A stretch of DNA of 63,995 nucleotides, filler included, from Malassezia furfur (Eukaryota), in assembly GCA_052055015.1 (NCBI GenBank). It is 8 parts of 8 records of this genome, joined end to end, with 100 filler letters (N's around TTAATTAATTAA, not from the genome) between each part and the next. Parts side by side here need not be neighbours in the genome. Positions count along the whole stretch, not along the records: positions 16,868 to 25,136 come from JBQJIT010000464.1; positions 25,237 to 33,488 come from JBQJIT010000465.1; positions 33,589 to 41,821 come from JBQJIT010000466.1; 5 more parts are not named here. One strand, 5' to 3'. Every line of letters starts with the position of its first letter. The stretch's first letter is position 1. A program made the translations under genes and the position numbers. Below are positions 23,019-35,030 of the stretch, piece after piece. Under the pieces are notes generated by a model. It saw only the letters and a program-made list of their open reading frames with translations. It was not told where the DNA came from and searched no databases.

Positions 23019-25136
23019 ATGGACGCAGCCGAGGTGACGGACCCCGCGCCGGTGTTTCAGCTGTTTGGCGGCATCGTAGGCATCGCATTTGCGCTGATTC
23101 GCATCGGCAAATGGGTGCTGACGTTCTTCTCCATCACGCTGCCCGGCGTCGTGTACCGCGTGCTGCACTACAGCCTGACGTTCCAGCTGAGCTTCCCCAT
23201 CCTGGTGCTGGGTGTGCTGGGTGTGCTGGCGAGCGTGGTGATCTGGCTGCGCTACCGCTACTGGAACCGGTATGAAAAGTTCCGTGAGGAGCCTATCCGG
23301 AAGGACGAGGGCGCCTACCACCTGGACCCCGACGAGGCGCCGGGGACGGCGGACGACGACCGGGGCAGCTTCCACTTTTACCTCGACGAGTTTCTGCAGG
23401 CGATCCGCATCTTTGGCTTTCTGGAGCGCCCCGTGTTCCACGAGCTGGCGCGGCACCTGCAGACGCGCCGGCTCGTTGCGGGCGATGTGCTGTCGCTCGA
23501 CGCCGACACCTCCTTCTACATTGTCGTCGAGGGCCATGTGCAGGTCTTTGCGCCGATCAGCGGCAACGCGACGGCCAGCGCGCTGCACACGAGCGAGCCG
23601 AATAGCGACTACCAGCTGATCAACGAGGTGGAGAGCGGCGGGACGCTGAGCAGCCTGTTTACCATCCTGCGCCTCTTTACCGAGAACGTCCAGCTGGGCT
23701 TCACCTTCCAGGGCACCGGGGATACGGACAGCGAGGCTGCCTCGGATGTGCCGCCGCTGCGCTCCGCGCCGTCGGAGCTGCCGCGCTCGGCGTTGTCGAC
23801 GCTGCGTCACCCACCGCCGTCGCGTGCGAGTCCCTCGACGGTGCTGAGCGGCATTGGGACGCGCAGTGCGTCCAACGCGAGCTCGTACGGCACGTCGCCG
23901 CGCATCGTGCCGAGCGACGTGTCCGAGACGCACTCGGTGCCGGACACGTCGCACGCCAGCGTGCCCATTTCGCCGCTGCTCGGCGCGAGCAGCCCCGGGA
24001 TCGGGCCGAGCGTGACGTCGTCGGCGGCGTCGCCCGGCGTGCATGACCATTTCCACCGCCCGGGCACCATGGCGCGCGTCACGGTGGACACGACGCTCGC
24101 GGTGCTCCCCGCGGAGGCGTTCCGCCGGCTCACGGCCAAGTACCCCAGCGCCGTCGCGCACATTGTGCAGGTGATTCTAACGCGCCTGGCGCGCGTCACC
24201 TTCCACACCGCGCACCAGTACCTCGGGCTGACGCGCGAGGTGATGCAGATGGAGCAGGCGATCAACGAGTACGCCAAGGTGTTCCTCCCGCCGGCGTTCT
24301 ACGAAAAGTCGGCCGTCGAGGCACTGTGGCGCCGCTTTGCGCCGGTCGTGCCGCCCGTCGCGCCGCCCGTGCGCCCTGCGCCGCACGGCGAGGAGCGCGC
24401 GGCGCCGGCCCCGACGTCGCCTGCGATGCACGGCGGCACGCGCGTCGTCGACGGCGCGCCGAGCAGCCCGGACGAGACGCTGCACTCGCCGCGCTCCGCG
24501 AGCCACCAGGTGGTGGCGCCCGGCGACCTGCTCAGCATGGTCGAGAGCACCATGGAGGACCTCCCGCTCGAGTCCGGCCTGCAGACGCTCACGCGGCGCA
24601 GCTCGAGTGTGCGCGTGCCCGAGGTGCGTGCGGACGACGAGCCGCTCGATTTGCGCGGCGAGGTGATGAACTGCATCGCGAGCAGCATCGGCCTCACGCA
24701 CGCCGTGATCCAGGACATGCCCCCGGGCCTCGCGAGCCCGTCGCTGGCGTCGCAGGACTCGAGCACGCACCGCGGCTCGTACGCCGGCGCGTTTTCGAGC
24801 CTGTCGAAGCTCGATGCCACCATCGCCGGCAGCGAGGACAGCGAGAGCATGTCGCAGTCGGCGAGCGTGGCAGGGGGCAGCGTGGTGGACCCGGCGGAGA
24901 ACGGCGTGGAGATCCGCCACTTCCGCGCGGGCACGACGCTTGTGCACGCCGACGAGCAGAATGCGGGCCTGTTTTACGTGATCGACGGCTTCCTCGACGT
25001 GATGCTGCCGGCCGACGAGGCGAACGGGGCGTCCGATGCGCCGGGCAGTGCGCCGCCGCGCGACGGGGCGCCGCGTGCCGGCGTGCGTGCGTCTTGCGCG
25101 GCACCGCTCGAAGGCCAAGCAGCGCGCCACCGCGGC
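23019..25136 (+). CDS. NTE1: Lysophospholipase Nte1, N-terminal part; 3' end cut by gap
   Basis: YLDEFLQAIRIFGFLERPVFHELARHLQTRRL; cNMP-like domains; GLFYVIDGFL. Confidence 0.9.
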
Positions 25137-25236
25137 NNNNNNNNNNNNNNNNNNNNNNNNNNNNNNNNNNNNNNNNNNNNTTAATTAATTAANNNNNNNN
25201 NNNNNNNNNNNNNNNNNNNNNNNNNNNNNNNNNNNN
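25137..25236. other. Artificial contig spacer
   Basis: N44-TTAATTAATTAA-N44. Confidence 0.99.
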
Positions 25237-25244
25237 GGGGGCAG

Positions 25245-26178
25245 CTACAGATCCATAGGCGTTGCAATCTCTTCTTGTTGCGGTGTAGGTAGCACAGGTG
25301 TGCCGCCCGATTCCGACGGCGAAAGATTAGCGCTGGAGGCCATCGCAGCGGACGGCGTTGGCGACCATTCGTGCGACGCTTCCTTTTTGGCAGGGGCTGG
25401 TGGCAGTGGAGACGGCGACGGTGCATCTTCGGCGTCCATATCCGCATCGCTCTCCGGCTCGTGTGCATCGACAGGCTTGCTGGACTCGGTGGGACTTGCG
25501 TCAAGTGCCTCTTGCTCTTCTCCGGCCTGGGCCATTTGCGCGCGTTGCTGCATGGCAACAGACAGCGGCACGGGCATTGGCACAACGTCACGCAGGAAAT
25601 CGAGATACTCGTTTTGCTGTGCGGCTTTGGCTGCATTAGCTAGGAAAAACAATACACACCCATATCATCGTAGCGGACCATCTTACGCTTGTCCATGCGC
25701 GCATTAATGCAACCTTCTTCGACAAACTTTTTAACGAACAATTCCTGTGTCACTTCCAGCACGTACGGTCGCAGCGCTGATCAAAAAAATCGCCTCCTTG
25801 CTGCAAATATCCACAGCGCTGTCGGCCTGGGATTAGTGGTGGTGGACCTACCTTGACGATCTTGGCAATACGTGCCAAGGGGAATACCGTGGTCCCCTTT
25901 TGCGGCGGCAAGCTCGGGCGTGGCGCACGCTTCTGGGCCTGCGGTGCACTCGGAGCAGGTCCTCCTCCTGCCTCTTCGCTGGCAGGCTCCGCTTCCTCGA
26001 CTGGCTCCAAAAGGGCAGCGTCGGCCACTTGCGAAGCGGTCAGTCCGGCATCGGCTTCTGTAGGAGCGGCCGGCACCGAAGGATGCACAGGTTCCGACTC
26101 TTGCGCCGTCGCATTATGGTTAAACACATCCGACTGCGCGTACGCAGCGGATGCTTCGTGCTGCGGCGGGAATTCCAT
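25245..26178 (-). CDS. Histone-fold protein, Dpb3/CHRAC-like (introns 25827-25851, 25745-25766, 25631-25659)
   Basis: Spliced FPLARIAKIVKAD..CSKEAIFLISAATELFV..RKMVRYDDMAKAAQQNEYLDFLRDVVP. Confidence 0.8.
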
Positions 26179-26269
26179 CGTGCACGAACGGTCGGTGGAG
26201 CGCGACGTGCGACGCGCCGGAATTGTCGCGTGGCGCGTCGATCCTCCACCGCAGGGACCTCCACGCGAC

Positions 26270-28356
26270 ATGGAGGCCGGGGCGGGGGACGAGGCACATG
26301 CGGTGCCTTGGGAGGTGTGTGGCGCGACTAATCCAGAATTATGCGCATCGCGATGTGGTGTTATTCGCCATTGACTGTGGTGCTACGATGCATGATGCAG
26401 CGGGCGAAGACGAGGTGCCTTTGCTGGTCGCCCTTCGTGCAGCTGTGCGTCTGATGGAGATGAAGCTGGTGAGTTCGCCCAAGGACCACGTCGGTGTGCT
26501 CCTTTGGAACACGGTACGTGCCCTGCTTATCTTAGGCGGAATCACGCATGGTCACGGAAACACGCTCAGGCTTTAAGCCACATACGGTCGAGTACATCAA
26601 GGCCCAACAGGTCAACGTTCCCAACACCTACGAGCTGCAGCAGGTCGTTGCAGGTACGTGTTGTACTTATGCAGCCGCGGAAAAGGATCCTAGTACGCTC
26701 ACTACGCGCTTTGCACCCGCATCGACGCAGATTCCCATCGAGTATGTCTTTTCCAATGCGCTCCACCTGTTGAGTTCTGCGTACGTCGACGCCATTAACG
26801 CAGTGCCAAAGCGGGTTCGCGCCGAGTCTTTTATATTACCAACCAGGACGATCCTCAGCCTGGTAGGGAGAAGCAGCTCGCACAGAAAGCATGCATCGAT
26901 CGCATGAAAGATATGTATCGCCGCGGCGTGGATTTGGAGCCGTTCTTTATGTCGTCTCAGCAGCACACCTTCCGCGTGAATATGTTTTATGCCGAGATCG
27001 TCGGCGCCTATGACGATGGGCTCGTGGATGATGCATTACGACCGTGGCGCTTGCGTCAAATGCAGGACCAAAATGGTTCAAAGCGCCGTGCATGGGACTC
27101 GACGCTAAAATTCCAGGAACTCGACGAGCAGATGGGCGGCCGCGAGATGCCCAAGCGCGTGATTTTTGACCTGATGATGGACTTGGGTCCCCTCTCCAAA
27201 CCAAGCGAAGACAAGCATGCCAAGGCACAACGTGCGTCACATTGGCGCATCCATGTCAAAGGGTACGTCCTCATCTCCGAGGCGACCAAAGACATGCCCG
27301 TGCGCGTATCGTCCTATGGCCAGGAGAACCCTGACGATCTGCACGAGATAATGGCTTATCAACACTTTTATGATGCGCAGACAGGCGAGCGTGTGGCGCC
27401 GGCCGACATTGTGAATGCATATCCCATCAGCGAAGGGCCGACCGATCAGGCGCAGGTGGTCCTGTCCGACGAGGAGGTCAAAAAGCTGCGCACATTTGGG
27501 TGCGTTCCCGGGATTAAACTCCTCGGATTCAAGGACCGGTCGACGCTGCATTTTCTCGAAAACATCAAGCACGCCTACTTTTTGTATCCATCCGACTTGG
27601 ATCAACCAGGGAGCAAACGCGTCTTTGCCGCGTTGCTCCAGTCGATGTTGTCCAAGAACAAGTATGCGCTTGGGCTGTATATGCCGCGTGAGAACGTTAT
27701 CCCGTCCTTCGTTGCCATCCTTCCGCAAGCGGAAGAGGTAGACGAGGAAGGAAACCAACTCGTACCGCCAGGCATGAACATGATCGTCTTGCCGTATGCA
27801 GACGATATTCGGGATGCGCCTCAGGTCAAGACAGAAAGTGGTACGTGCCCAAGACTGATTAAGCGAATGCCGAGGAAGTCGAGGCCGCCGGTCGGATCAT
27901 TGACAGCTTCCTGCGCAAGGCGCCGTTGAACCCAGACGCGTTTACAAATCCTGCACTGCACCATCACTACAGTCTACTGATGGCTCTGGCCTTTGGATGG
28001 CCAGTGCCGTCTTACCAAGATACCATTCTCCCAGACTATCCGCTTATTGACGAGGTACGTCAACCATACGCTTACCACAGCGCTCTGGCACCCAAATTCA
28101 GACCTGGAACGAGGTCGTGGAGGCCGACATGCGTACTGCCCCAACACCCGTCCAGTCGGTGCGCAAGTCCGAGCCCAAGACACAGCCCTTTGATCCTGCA
28201 CGAGACAAGGAGTTACGCGAAATGCACAAAGATGGCATCCTCGGCCGTCTTCTGGTCGCCGACCTTCGCGCCGCCTGTGCGCACTACGGCCTACCGACAA
28301 GTGGAAAAAAGAGCGAGTTGCTTGGAAAGCTAGGCGCTTACTTTTCCACGAACTAA
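26270..28356 (+). CDS. KU70: Ku70 (introns 26315-26336, 26514-26535, probably 26654-26674, 26781-26803, 27841-27863, 28055-28080)
   Basis: vWA DVVLFAIDC, RRVFYITNQDDP, IKLLGFK, LPYADDIR, NPALHHHY, C-terminal SAP domain. Confidence 0.92.
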
Positions 28357-29238
28357 TTACATTTTGGAACCAGGGAACAAACTCTTGAACGATTGGGTGT
28401 CCATCACTGCGTCGGGGTAGGGCAAGTAGGGGCCCCGGAAGTGCACAGATCCGCCGTCGACCACGAGAATTTGACCGGTGATCCAGCTGGCCGCATCGCT
28501 AAAGAGGAACACGGCCGCATTGGCGATGTCGTCTTTTTGTCCAATCCGCTGCATGGGCATGAACCCCTGCACCATTTCTTCCTGGCCCTGCGGCACGAGA
28601 CGGTCGGCACCTTCGGTGCCGGCGATAAGGCCAGGTGCAATACAGTTGCTGCGCACGCCAAAGGGACCCAACTCGACGGCCAATGCAGCAGACAATGCGT
28701 CGATGCCGGCCTTAGCCGCAGAGGGTGCGGACTGCCACGGCAGGCCCGAGTAGTGCAGCGTCGCCGAGATATGGATGTAGGATCCGTGATTTTTCTTCAC
28801 CTCATTCATTGTAGCACGCACCGTGTTGAACGTGCCGAGCAGGTCAATCTCGACCACCGTACGGAATGCATTCGATGAGAGGCCCTCGACGGGTGCCATA
28901 AAGTTGCCCGCCGCGCCGCAAACCACAAAGTCGATCTTGCCGAAGGCGTCGAGCGTCTGCTTCACCGCGTGCTGGATCGTCTCAATTTTGCGCACATCAC
29001 CAGGCGTTGCAATTGCCTTCGACTTGGTGTCACGCTCGAGCTGCTCCGCCGCAGCACGCAGGCGTTCGGCCTTGCGTCCAACAATGGCCGCCTTGGCACC
29101 GAACCTCATCAGCGTCTCGGTTACGCCGTAGCAGATACCCGAGCCGCCACCCGTCACAAACACCACTTTGTCCTTGAACAAGTCCGGCTTGAAGACATTA
29201 AGAGCAGGAACAGCTTTGTGTTTGTAGGATTCGGTCAT
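28357..29238 (-). CDS. SPS19: Peroxisomal 2,4-dienoyl-CoA reductase
   Basis: TGGGSGI, GAAGNF, IDLLGTFN, SAAKAG; PTS1-like C-terminus SKM. Confidence 0.9.
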   Translation of the reverse strand: MTESYKHKAVPALNVFKPDLFKDKVVFVTGGGSGICYGVTETLMRFGAKAAIVGRKAERLRAAAEQLERDTKSKAIATPGDVRKIETIQHAVKQTLDAFGKIDFVVCGAAGNFMAPVEGLSSNAFRTVVEIDLLGTFNTVRATMNEVKKNHGSYIHISATLHYSGLPWQSAPSAAKAGIDALSAALAVELGPFGVRSNCIAPGLIAGTEGADRLVPQGQEEMVQGFMPMQRIGQKDDIANAAVFLFSDAASWITGQILVVDGGSVHFRGPYLPYPDAVMDTQSFKSLFPGSKM

Positions 29239-29467
29239 TTTGGCTGCACGGTTAAAAAAAAAACCGTGGGGGAGCCGGTGCGGGGGCTGTCCTCGGTCCG
29301 GAGCGCACAGGCCAGGTCACCTGAGAAAAATGTGAAGGGATTCCTCGCTTCGCGTAGACACGCCGGGTCCACTCACGTGATATACTAGTTTGTCACGTGT
29401 AATGGAAAGAAGCGACACCACCGGCGGGTGCCACCGCTTCTCCCTACACACTTGGAGTACTGTCAAC

Positions 29468-29691
29468 ATGGTGTGTATGCCGATGCGGCACTGTGCTTAC
29501 ACTGCAGCCCTCCAACAAGTCTCTCCGCACGAAGCTTAAGCTTGCGAAGGCTCAGCGCCAGAACCGGTATGTTGCGCACGTCCGACTGACCGTTTAGCCC
29601 CATCCCCAACTGGTTCCGCATGAAGACCGACAACAAGATCCAGTACAACAAGAACCGCCGTCACTGGCGCCGCACCAAGCTTAACATCTAA
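29468..29691 (+). CDS. RPL39: 60S ribosomal protein L39 (introns 29471-29507, 29567-29597)
   Basis: Spliced [51 protein letters not shown]; absent from the ORF track. Confidence 0.96.
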
Positions 29692-29849
29692 GCTTTTGGC
29701 CATTCTTGCTGTACTTTCGTCATGTCGTATTGCGGCGCTAATGCCGTCTCATTAGATGGATGATGCAGTTGATTGTGCAGCGCCCTGTACAAGTCACCCA
29801 AAAAAATGCTGGATTACAGTGAAATGATTGACTATTGTGTGTATGCAAC

Positions 29850-30874
29850 CTATGGCGTGGGAAGATGCAGATCGGTGTGCAGCATCGTGACGATCTCTGC
29901 GTAATGTGTCTCGTTCTCTGCAGTGAGGTACCCATGCCGAATGAAAAAGTCGGCCAAAACTGCAAGTCAGCGCGCAGTCCGACCTACCCAAGCAGCAGTT
30001 TGCCTTGAACTCGCCTTTGTGCATGCGCTGCAGCACGTTGGGCACGTCGAGCAGCTCGAACGACTCGGCCTCACCGTCCTCCGGGCGCAGTTGGATTTCG
30101 TCCGAGGGCAAGGCCAGGTCGTACGTGTACTGCATCTCGGGCTGCCGCCAGCCGAGCGACGTCTTGTAGAAGTAGGTGATGTGGCCGGTTTGCTGCATCG
30201 TGTCAGTGGTTGTGCGCGGCGTACCTTGAGGTACGGCTCGACCTGGTGGCGGGAGAGGCCAGCCTCCTCAAAACACTCGCGCACCATTGATGCACGCGGC
30301 GAGTCGCCCGCGGTGATCCCGCCGGCGACCGAGTTGTCCAAGTAGCCCGGCCACGTCTGCTTGGTCCGCGAGCGGCGCGGTACCCAGATACGGCCATCGG
30401 GTGTGTATGCCTTGCGTGAGCTGATGAGAACATACGGTGAGGTGCACGCCGAACGTCGCGATGCCAAACAGGGCGCACGCTGCGCGCTCCAGCGTGAACA
30501 CGACGGTGCTGGGCTTCTCGCCGTCGCCAGCGCCGTACACGGCGTACTGCTCGTCGCGCCAACCTGGTGTGAGCTGCCTAGCACTTACCGTCGAGCGGGT
30601 CAGGGAACTTTTTCGTGTCGCGCATCCACACGGCCAGCTGGTTCATATCATCGGTACGCTGCGCGGGGGTTGCCACGGGAGCAAACGTCAGTGCGCCGTC
30701 CTCGATACGGAGGACGGTGTGTGGATGCTCCGCCAGATACGCCTGGACGACCTCCATCACGCTCGACGGGATGAACCCGATCTGGGTGCCGTCGACGCGC
30801 AGTGCATGCAGCGTTGCGTCGTCCCACGGGTTGTCGTTGTGCGCCTGGCGCAGTACCGGAAGCAAGCTCGTCAT
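29850..30874 (-). CDS. Nudix hydrolase, YJR142W-like (introns 30564-30588, 30411-30435, 30193-30224, 29960-29987)
   Basis: [50 protein letters not shown] Nudix box. Confidence 0.88.
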
Positions 30875-30915
30875 CGTCGTTGCACGTGGGGCCGCGCACA
30901 GTCCACGCCTCCACC

Positions 30916-32757
30916 ATGTCGTTGCAGCCGACGGCTGTGTATGCCGCGAACCCGAGCGTGACGCGCGGGTCAAGCACCAAGCTCGACGCGAGCCCGGATG
31001 GGAAGAAGCTTGTGTACGCCCAGGGCCGCACCGTATTTTTCCGTGATCTTGACGTACGTGTGGGATAGCGCACTGACCGACAGGATCCGCGCGCAACACT
31101 CGTATACGCAGAGCACACGTACCCCGTGACCGTGGCGCGCATCAGCCCCAGCGGCTACTATGCTGCGAGCGCCGACACCTCGGGCTCGGTGCGCGTGTGG
31201 GATTTGGCGTCGGGTGAGCGCATCCTCAAGCTGCAGACGCAGGCGCTGAATGGAAAAGTGAGCGACCTCGCCTGGGACGGCGAGAGCAAGCGGATCATTG
31301 TGGTCGGTGAGGGCCGCGAGCGGTTTGCGCACGCATTCATGTTTGACTCGGGCTCGAGTGTGGGTGAGATCAGCGGGCACAGCAAGCCGATGAACGCCGT
31401 CGCGATCCGGCATCACCGCCCCTTCCGAGCGGTGACGGCCGGCGACGACACGCACCTCGTCTTCTTTACCGGGGTCCCGTTCAAGTTTAACAAGACGCTC
31501 TCTGGTCACACGCGATTTGTGCAGGACGTTGCGTATGCCAAAGACGGATCAACCTTTGCATCCGTCGGGTCGGACGGGCAGCTGCTGCTGTACGACGGCA
31601 CGTCGGGCGACACCAAGCAGACGGTGGCCAACGCGCACGTGGGCACGGCGTATGCGGTGCGTTTTGCCCCGGACAGTGCGCACGTCGTCACGGCGGGTGC
31701 CGACGGCCTCGTCAAGGTGTGGCGCGTCGCGGACGCCGAGCTCGTCGCCTCGTTCGACGCCAAAGCGCACGCGGCTAACAAGGTGGACGCGCAGCAGGTG
31801 GGTGTCGTGTGGGCGCAGCCTGGCATCGTGGCCAGCATTGGCCTCGAGGGTGTGCTGTATGTGCTGGACGTCGATCCCGCTGCCGGTACGCTGCAGCTCC
31901 GTGCGCCGCTCGTTGGCCCCACCAAGGGGGTGTCGAGTCTGGTGTATGCCGCGCAGACGGACATGGTCGGCGTTGGGTCGTACGATGGCCGCGTGTACAC
32001 CTACCGCCGCGATGGCGGTGCGAGTTCGCTGCCGCAGGCGAGTGGCGCGCCGAGCGTCGTGGGTGTGGGCGCCGAGCGCGACGACGGCGAGTTTTATGCG
32101 ATTGCGCTGGACGATACGGTCGGTCGCGTCGCGCGTGATGCACCGCGTGTTGCGCTCACCGCGCAACCCCGTGGTCTGGCGGTGTGTGGTGCGGCGCAGT
32201 TTATCGTGAGCGAGCGGGGCGTCGATGTGGTCGAGGGCACCACCGTCACGCACCGCTCTGCGGCGCAGCTTGGCGCTCACGACCCGACGGCGATCGCGGC
32301 GACGAGCGCAGGAGACGCGCTGGTGGCCGTCGGCACTGCGGATGCGCAGGTGCGCCTGTACACGCGCAACTGGGACGAGGTCACGACACTGACCAACGGA
32401 CGGAGCCCCATTACGGCGTTGGCGTTTTCGCCCGACGGCACGCTGCTGGCGGCGGGCGAGTCGTCCGGCAAGATTCTGGTGTATGATGTGGCGCAGCTTG
32501 CGGTGCGCCTCACGCAGTGGGTCTTCCACTCGGCGCGCATCGCGGCGCTGGCGTGGTCTGCGTCCGGAGAGCACTGTGCGAGTGCGTCCCTGGACACGCA
32601 CGTCTATGTGTGGTCGGTCTCACGTCCTATGAAACAGGCGGCGTTCAAGAACGCGCACGCCGGGGGCGCGTCGGGTGTCGCGTGGCTCAACGGTACGACG
32701 CTCGCGTCGTCCGGCGCGGACGGCGTCGTGCGTCAATTTGCCGTGACCTTGCCGTAG
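30916..32757 (+). CDS. AIP1: Actin-interacting protein 1 / WDR1 (intron 31054-31083)
   Basis: NPSVTRG, SPSGYYAASAD, RIIVVGEGRE, RPFR, WVFHSARI; WD40 repeats. Confidence 0.92.
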
Positions 32758-32815
32758 ACCCCCCTGGGTCAACTTTATAGCCTTACGTCAGCGAGCGTGG
32801 GGTTGCCACCCAACC

Positions 32816-33488
32816 ATGTCGTTTCCGGAGATGCTAGGCGGGGGGGCCGAGTGTGGCCCCGTGAATCCGCTGCAGCAGCTTGGCAAGCGGTTCGGACAGG
32901 ACCGCGGCACCCAGTTTGACGGGCATAGCGCGGTCGGTGGCGACGCACGGCACGGCGGCTTCCGTACGGCGCGTCCGGCCCCCGCGCAGGACCCGGCGTT
33001 CTTCGCGCGCGAGGCGCCGGACGCCGCTGCGCCGTTCGACGTGCACCAGCTGCGCAGCGCGCTCCCGGCGATGGAAAAGGGCGCAGCGTATGCGCGCGGC
33101 GCGCACGCTGCGCCCGTAGGCGCGCCCGCGAGCACTGCGACGCCCGCGTGGGCGCGCGACTTTTTGCACCACCACCCGGCGTCGGCGTCGGCGGCGCCCG
33201 CCACCGCGCATGCGCCGCAGAGCGCGGGACCCGCGACCAAGGGCCCTGCGCCGTTTGCGCCGCACTACGGCATGCAGCCTGGCGCGTTCCGCCCGCCGCA
33301 CTGGTACGGCGCGGCGCCCATGTCCATGGCGCCGGCGCCGCAGCACAGCGCGGCGCAGTCGGCGAGTGCGGAGACGTCCACGAGTGTGTCGTCGTCGTGG
33401 GACACGGCGTTCACCGCGGTCGATGCGCAGCAGCGTGCGGCGCAGGCCGCGCAGGCCGCGCCGCTCGAGACGCTGCCGAGCGAGGCGG
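32816..33488 (+). CDS. PEX5: Peroxisomal import receptor Pex5, N-terminus; 3' end cut by gap
   Basis: GAECGPVNPL ubiquitination-Cys motif; WxxxF motifs (WARDF, WDTAF). Confidence 0.78.
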
Positions 33489-33588
33489 NNNNNNNNNNNN
33501 NNNNNNNNNNNNNNNNNNNNNNNNNNNNNNNNTTAATTAATTAANNNNNNNNNNNNNNNNNNNNNNNNNNNNNNNNNNNNNNNNNNNN
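33489..33588. other. Artificial contig spacer
   Basis: N44-TTAATTAATTAA-N44. Confidence 0.99.
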
Positions 33589-33683
33589 TCACCTTGGCCA
33601 GGCCCTTCATGGTGGATCAATCGTTCCGTGCGGGCGGGGCTGAGTCAGCGGCACGTGGTGGCGCACGCCCCAGGCACCGCACC

Positions 33684-35030
33684 ATGGCGCGCCAAGCGCG
33701 CGCGCTGCGACAGAGCACGCTCTGGGGCGCTCCTGAAGTGGTGCAGGTGCAGGTGCGCAAGAGCGCACGGGTCGCACGTCGGAGTGCCTGTGCCTCAGTT
33801 GCACACACGCGCGAACAGTCGACGCGCGCGTCGCCGCCACGCAAACGCACCTGGCGGCCACCCACGCCGCCACGCTCTATCACAGACCATATCGAGCGCA
33901 AGCGTGTGCTCTCAGTCACGGATCTCGTATCGCCATCATGGTGCGAGTATGCTTACTTGTACAACATCCTGGCGCAGTCGCACCTGCCCCTCTTGCAGCG
34001 CCCCACGTCGATTACCACACCACAGGGCAACGTTCTGACCCCGAGCTGGGCGCAGCTCGTGGCGCGCGACGAGATCCTTGCGCAGGGCATCAAGGTGCAC
34101 GAGGCCATCGAGCGCGAAGTGCAGCCAGTGGAGCTCACGTTCCGTTTCGTTGCGCCGGCCGACCGGTGGGCGCTGTTCCTTCTCCAGTTCGCCGCCGGCG
34201 TCCATGCAGCGCGAACGACGGGCCGCGCACGCGAGGTACCTGTGCTGGGCTACGTGCATGGCCGCCTTGTGCGTGGCATCATCGATGAACTGCGCCGCGA
34301 GGGATCCGCCGTGCTCGTGTCCGACACCAAAACACGCCGCTCGATGCGTCTGCCGCCGGAATTGGACCAGCTGCAGGCGCGGCTGCAGGTAATGCTGTAC
34401 AAGCGGCTCGTTGATAGCCTGTATTCCGGCATCACAGGCACGAGCGCAGGCGCCGATGATGCCTACGCTGAGCCCGTGTCAATCCCGGCTGTGTGTGACA
34501 CACTCCAGCTCGATCTGGACGCGCCGCTCTCCGACGAACTGCACGAAGACCTCGAGACAATGGTGCGCACATCGGCGACACCCTGGACTTTGGACGAGAT
34601 GACGGGCTTGACGATGCGCGCCGCGCTCCAGCTCGCACGCAGTGCCCTGAAGGAACGCAGCGAGGTGCGTATCTCGCGACAGCTCGAGCTCGTCTACGTC
34701 CACCGAGATACCCAAGACGCCCCGCTGGGGGTGTCGCACTTTGACACAAACCCCGAGCTTCTGCAAAACTACCTCGACCGCGTGTTTCTGCTGCTCGATG
34801 GCGACCGCGCCCCGGAAGGCGTCGGTGTGCAGGCGACGCGGCGGTGCGAGAGCTGTGCGTGGCGCGAGGGATGCGAGTGGCGCGAAGCCCAAGCCCGGGC
34901 AGCAGCGGCCAAGGCCGCCGACCGGTGCAAGTTGAAGGACAGCACCGCGCACCTCGCGGCGACGGCCGACGACGCACTGTGGAACGAGTTCGATATACCC
35001 GAGCATCATTTGCATCTATTGGAATGGTAG
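33684..35030 (+). CDS. EXO5: Exonuclease V (Fe-S cluster nuclease); start uncertain
   Basis: LSVTDLVSPSWCE, REVPVLG, GIIDEL, DTKTR, QVMLYK, CxxCxWxxxCxW. Confidence 0.88.
   Translation: MARQARALRQSTLWGAPEVVQVQVRKSARVARRSACASVAHTREQSTRASPPRKRTWRPPTPPRSITDHIERKRVLSVTDLVSPSWCEYAYLYNILAQSHLPLLQRPTSITTPQGNVLTPSWAQLVARDEILAQGIKVHEAIEREVQPVELTFRFVAPADRWALFLLQFAAGVHAARTTGRAREVPVLGYVHGRLVRGIIDELRREGSAVLVSDTKTRRSMRLPPELDQLQARLQVMLYKRLVDSLYSGITGTSAGADDAYAEPVSIPAVCDTLQLDLDAPLSDELHEDLETMVRTSATPWTLDEMTGLTMRAALQLARSALKERSEVRISRQLELVYVHRDTQDAPLGVSHFDTNPELLQNYLDRVFLLLDGDRAPEGVGVQATRRCESCAWREGCEWREAQARAAAAKAADRCKLKDSTAHLAATADDALWNEFDIPEHHLHLLEW

Noticed and set aside
25640..25659. Possible 20-nt intron in the Dpb3-like gene
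   Set aside because: The acceptor at 25631 (29 nt) has a proper CTAAT branch point and gives a better histone-fold alignment
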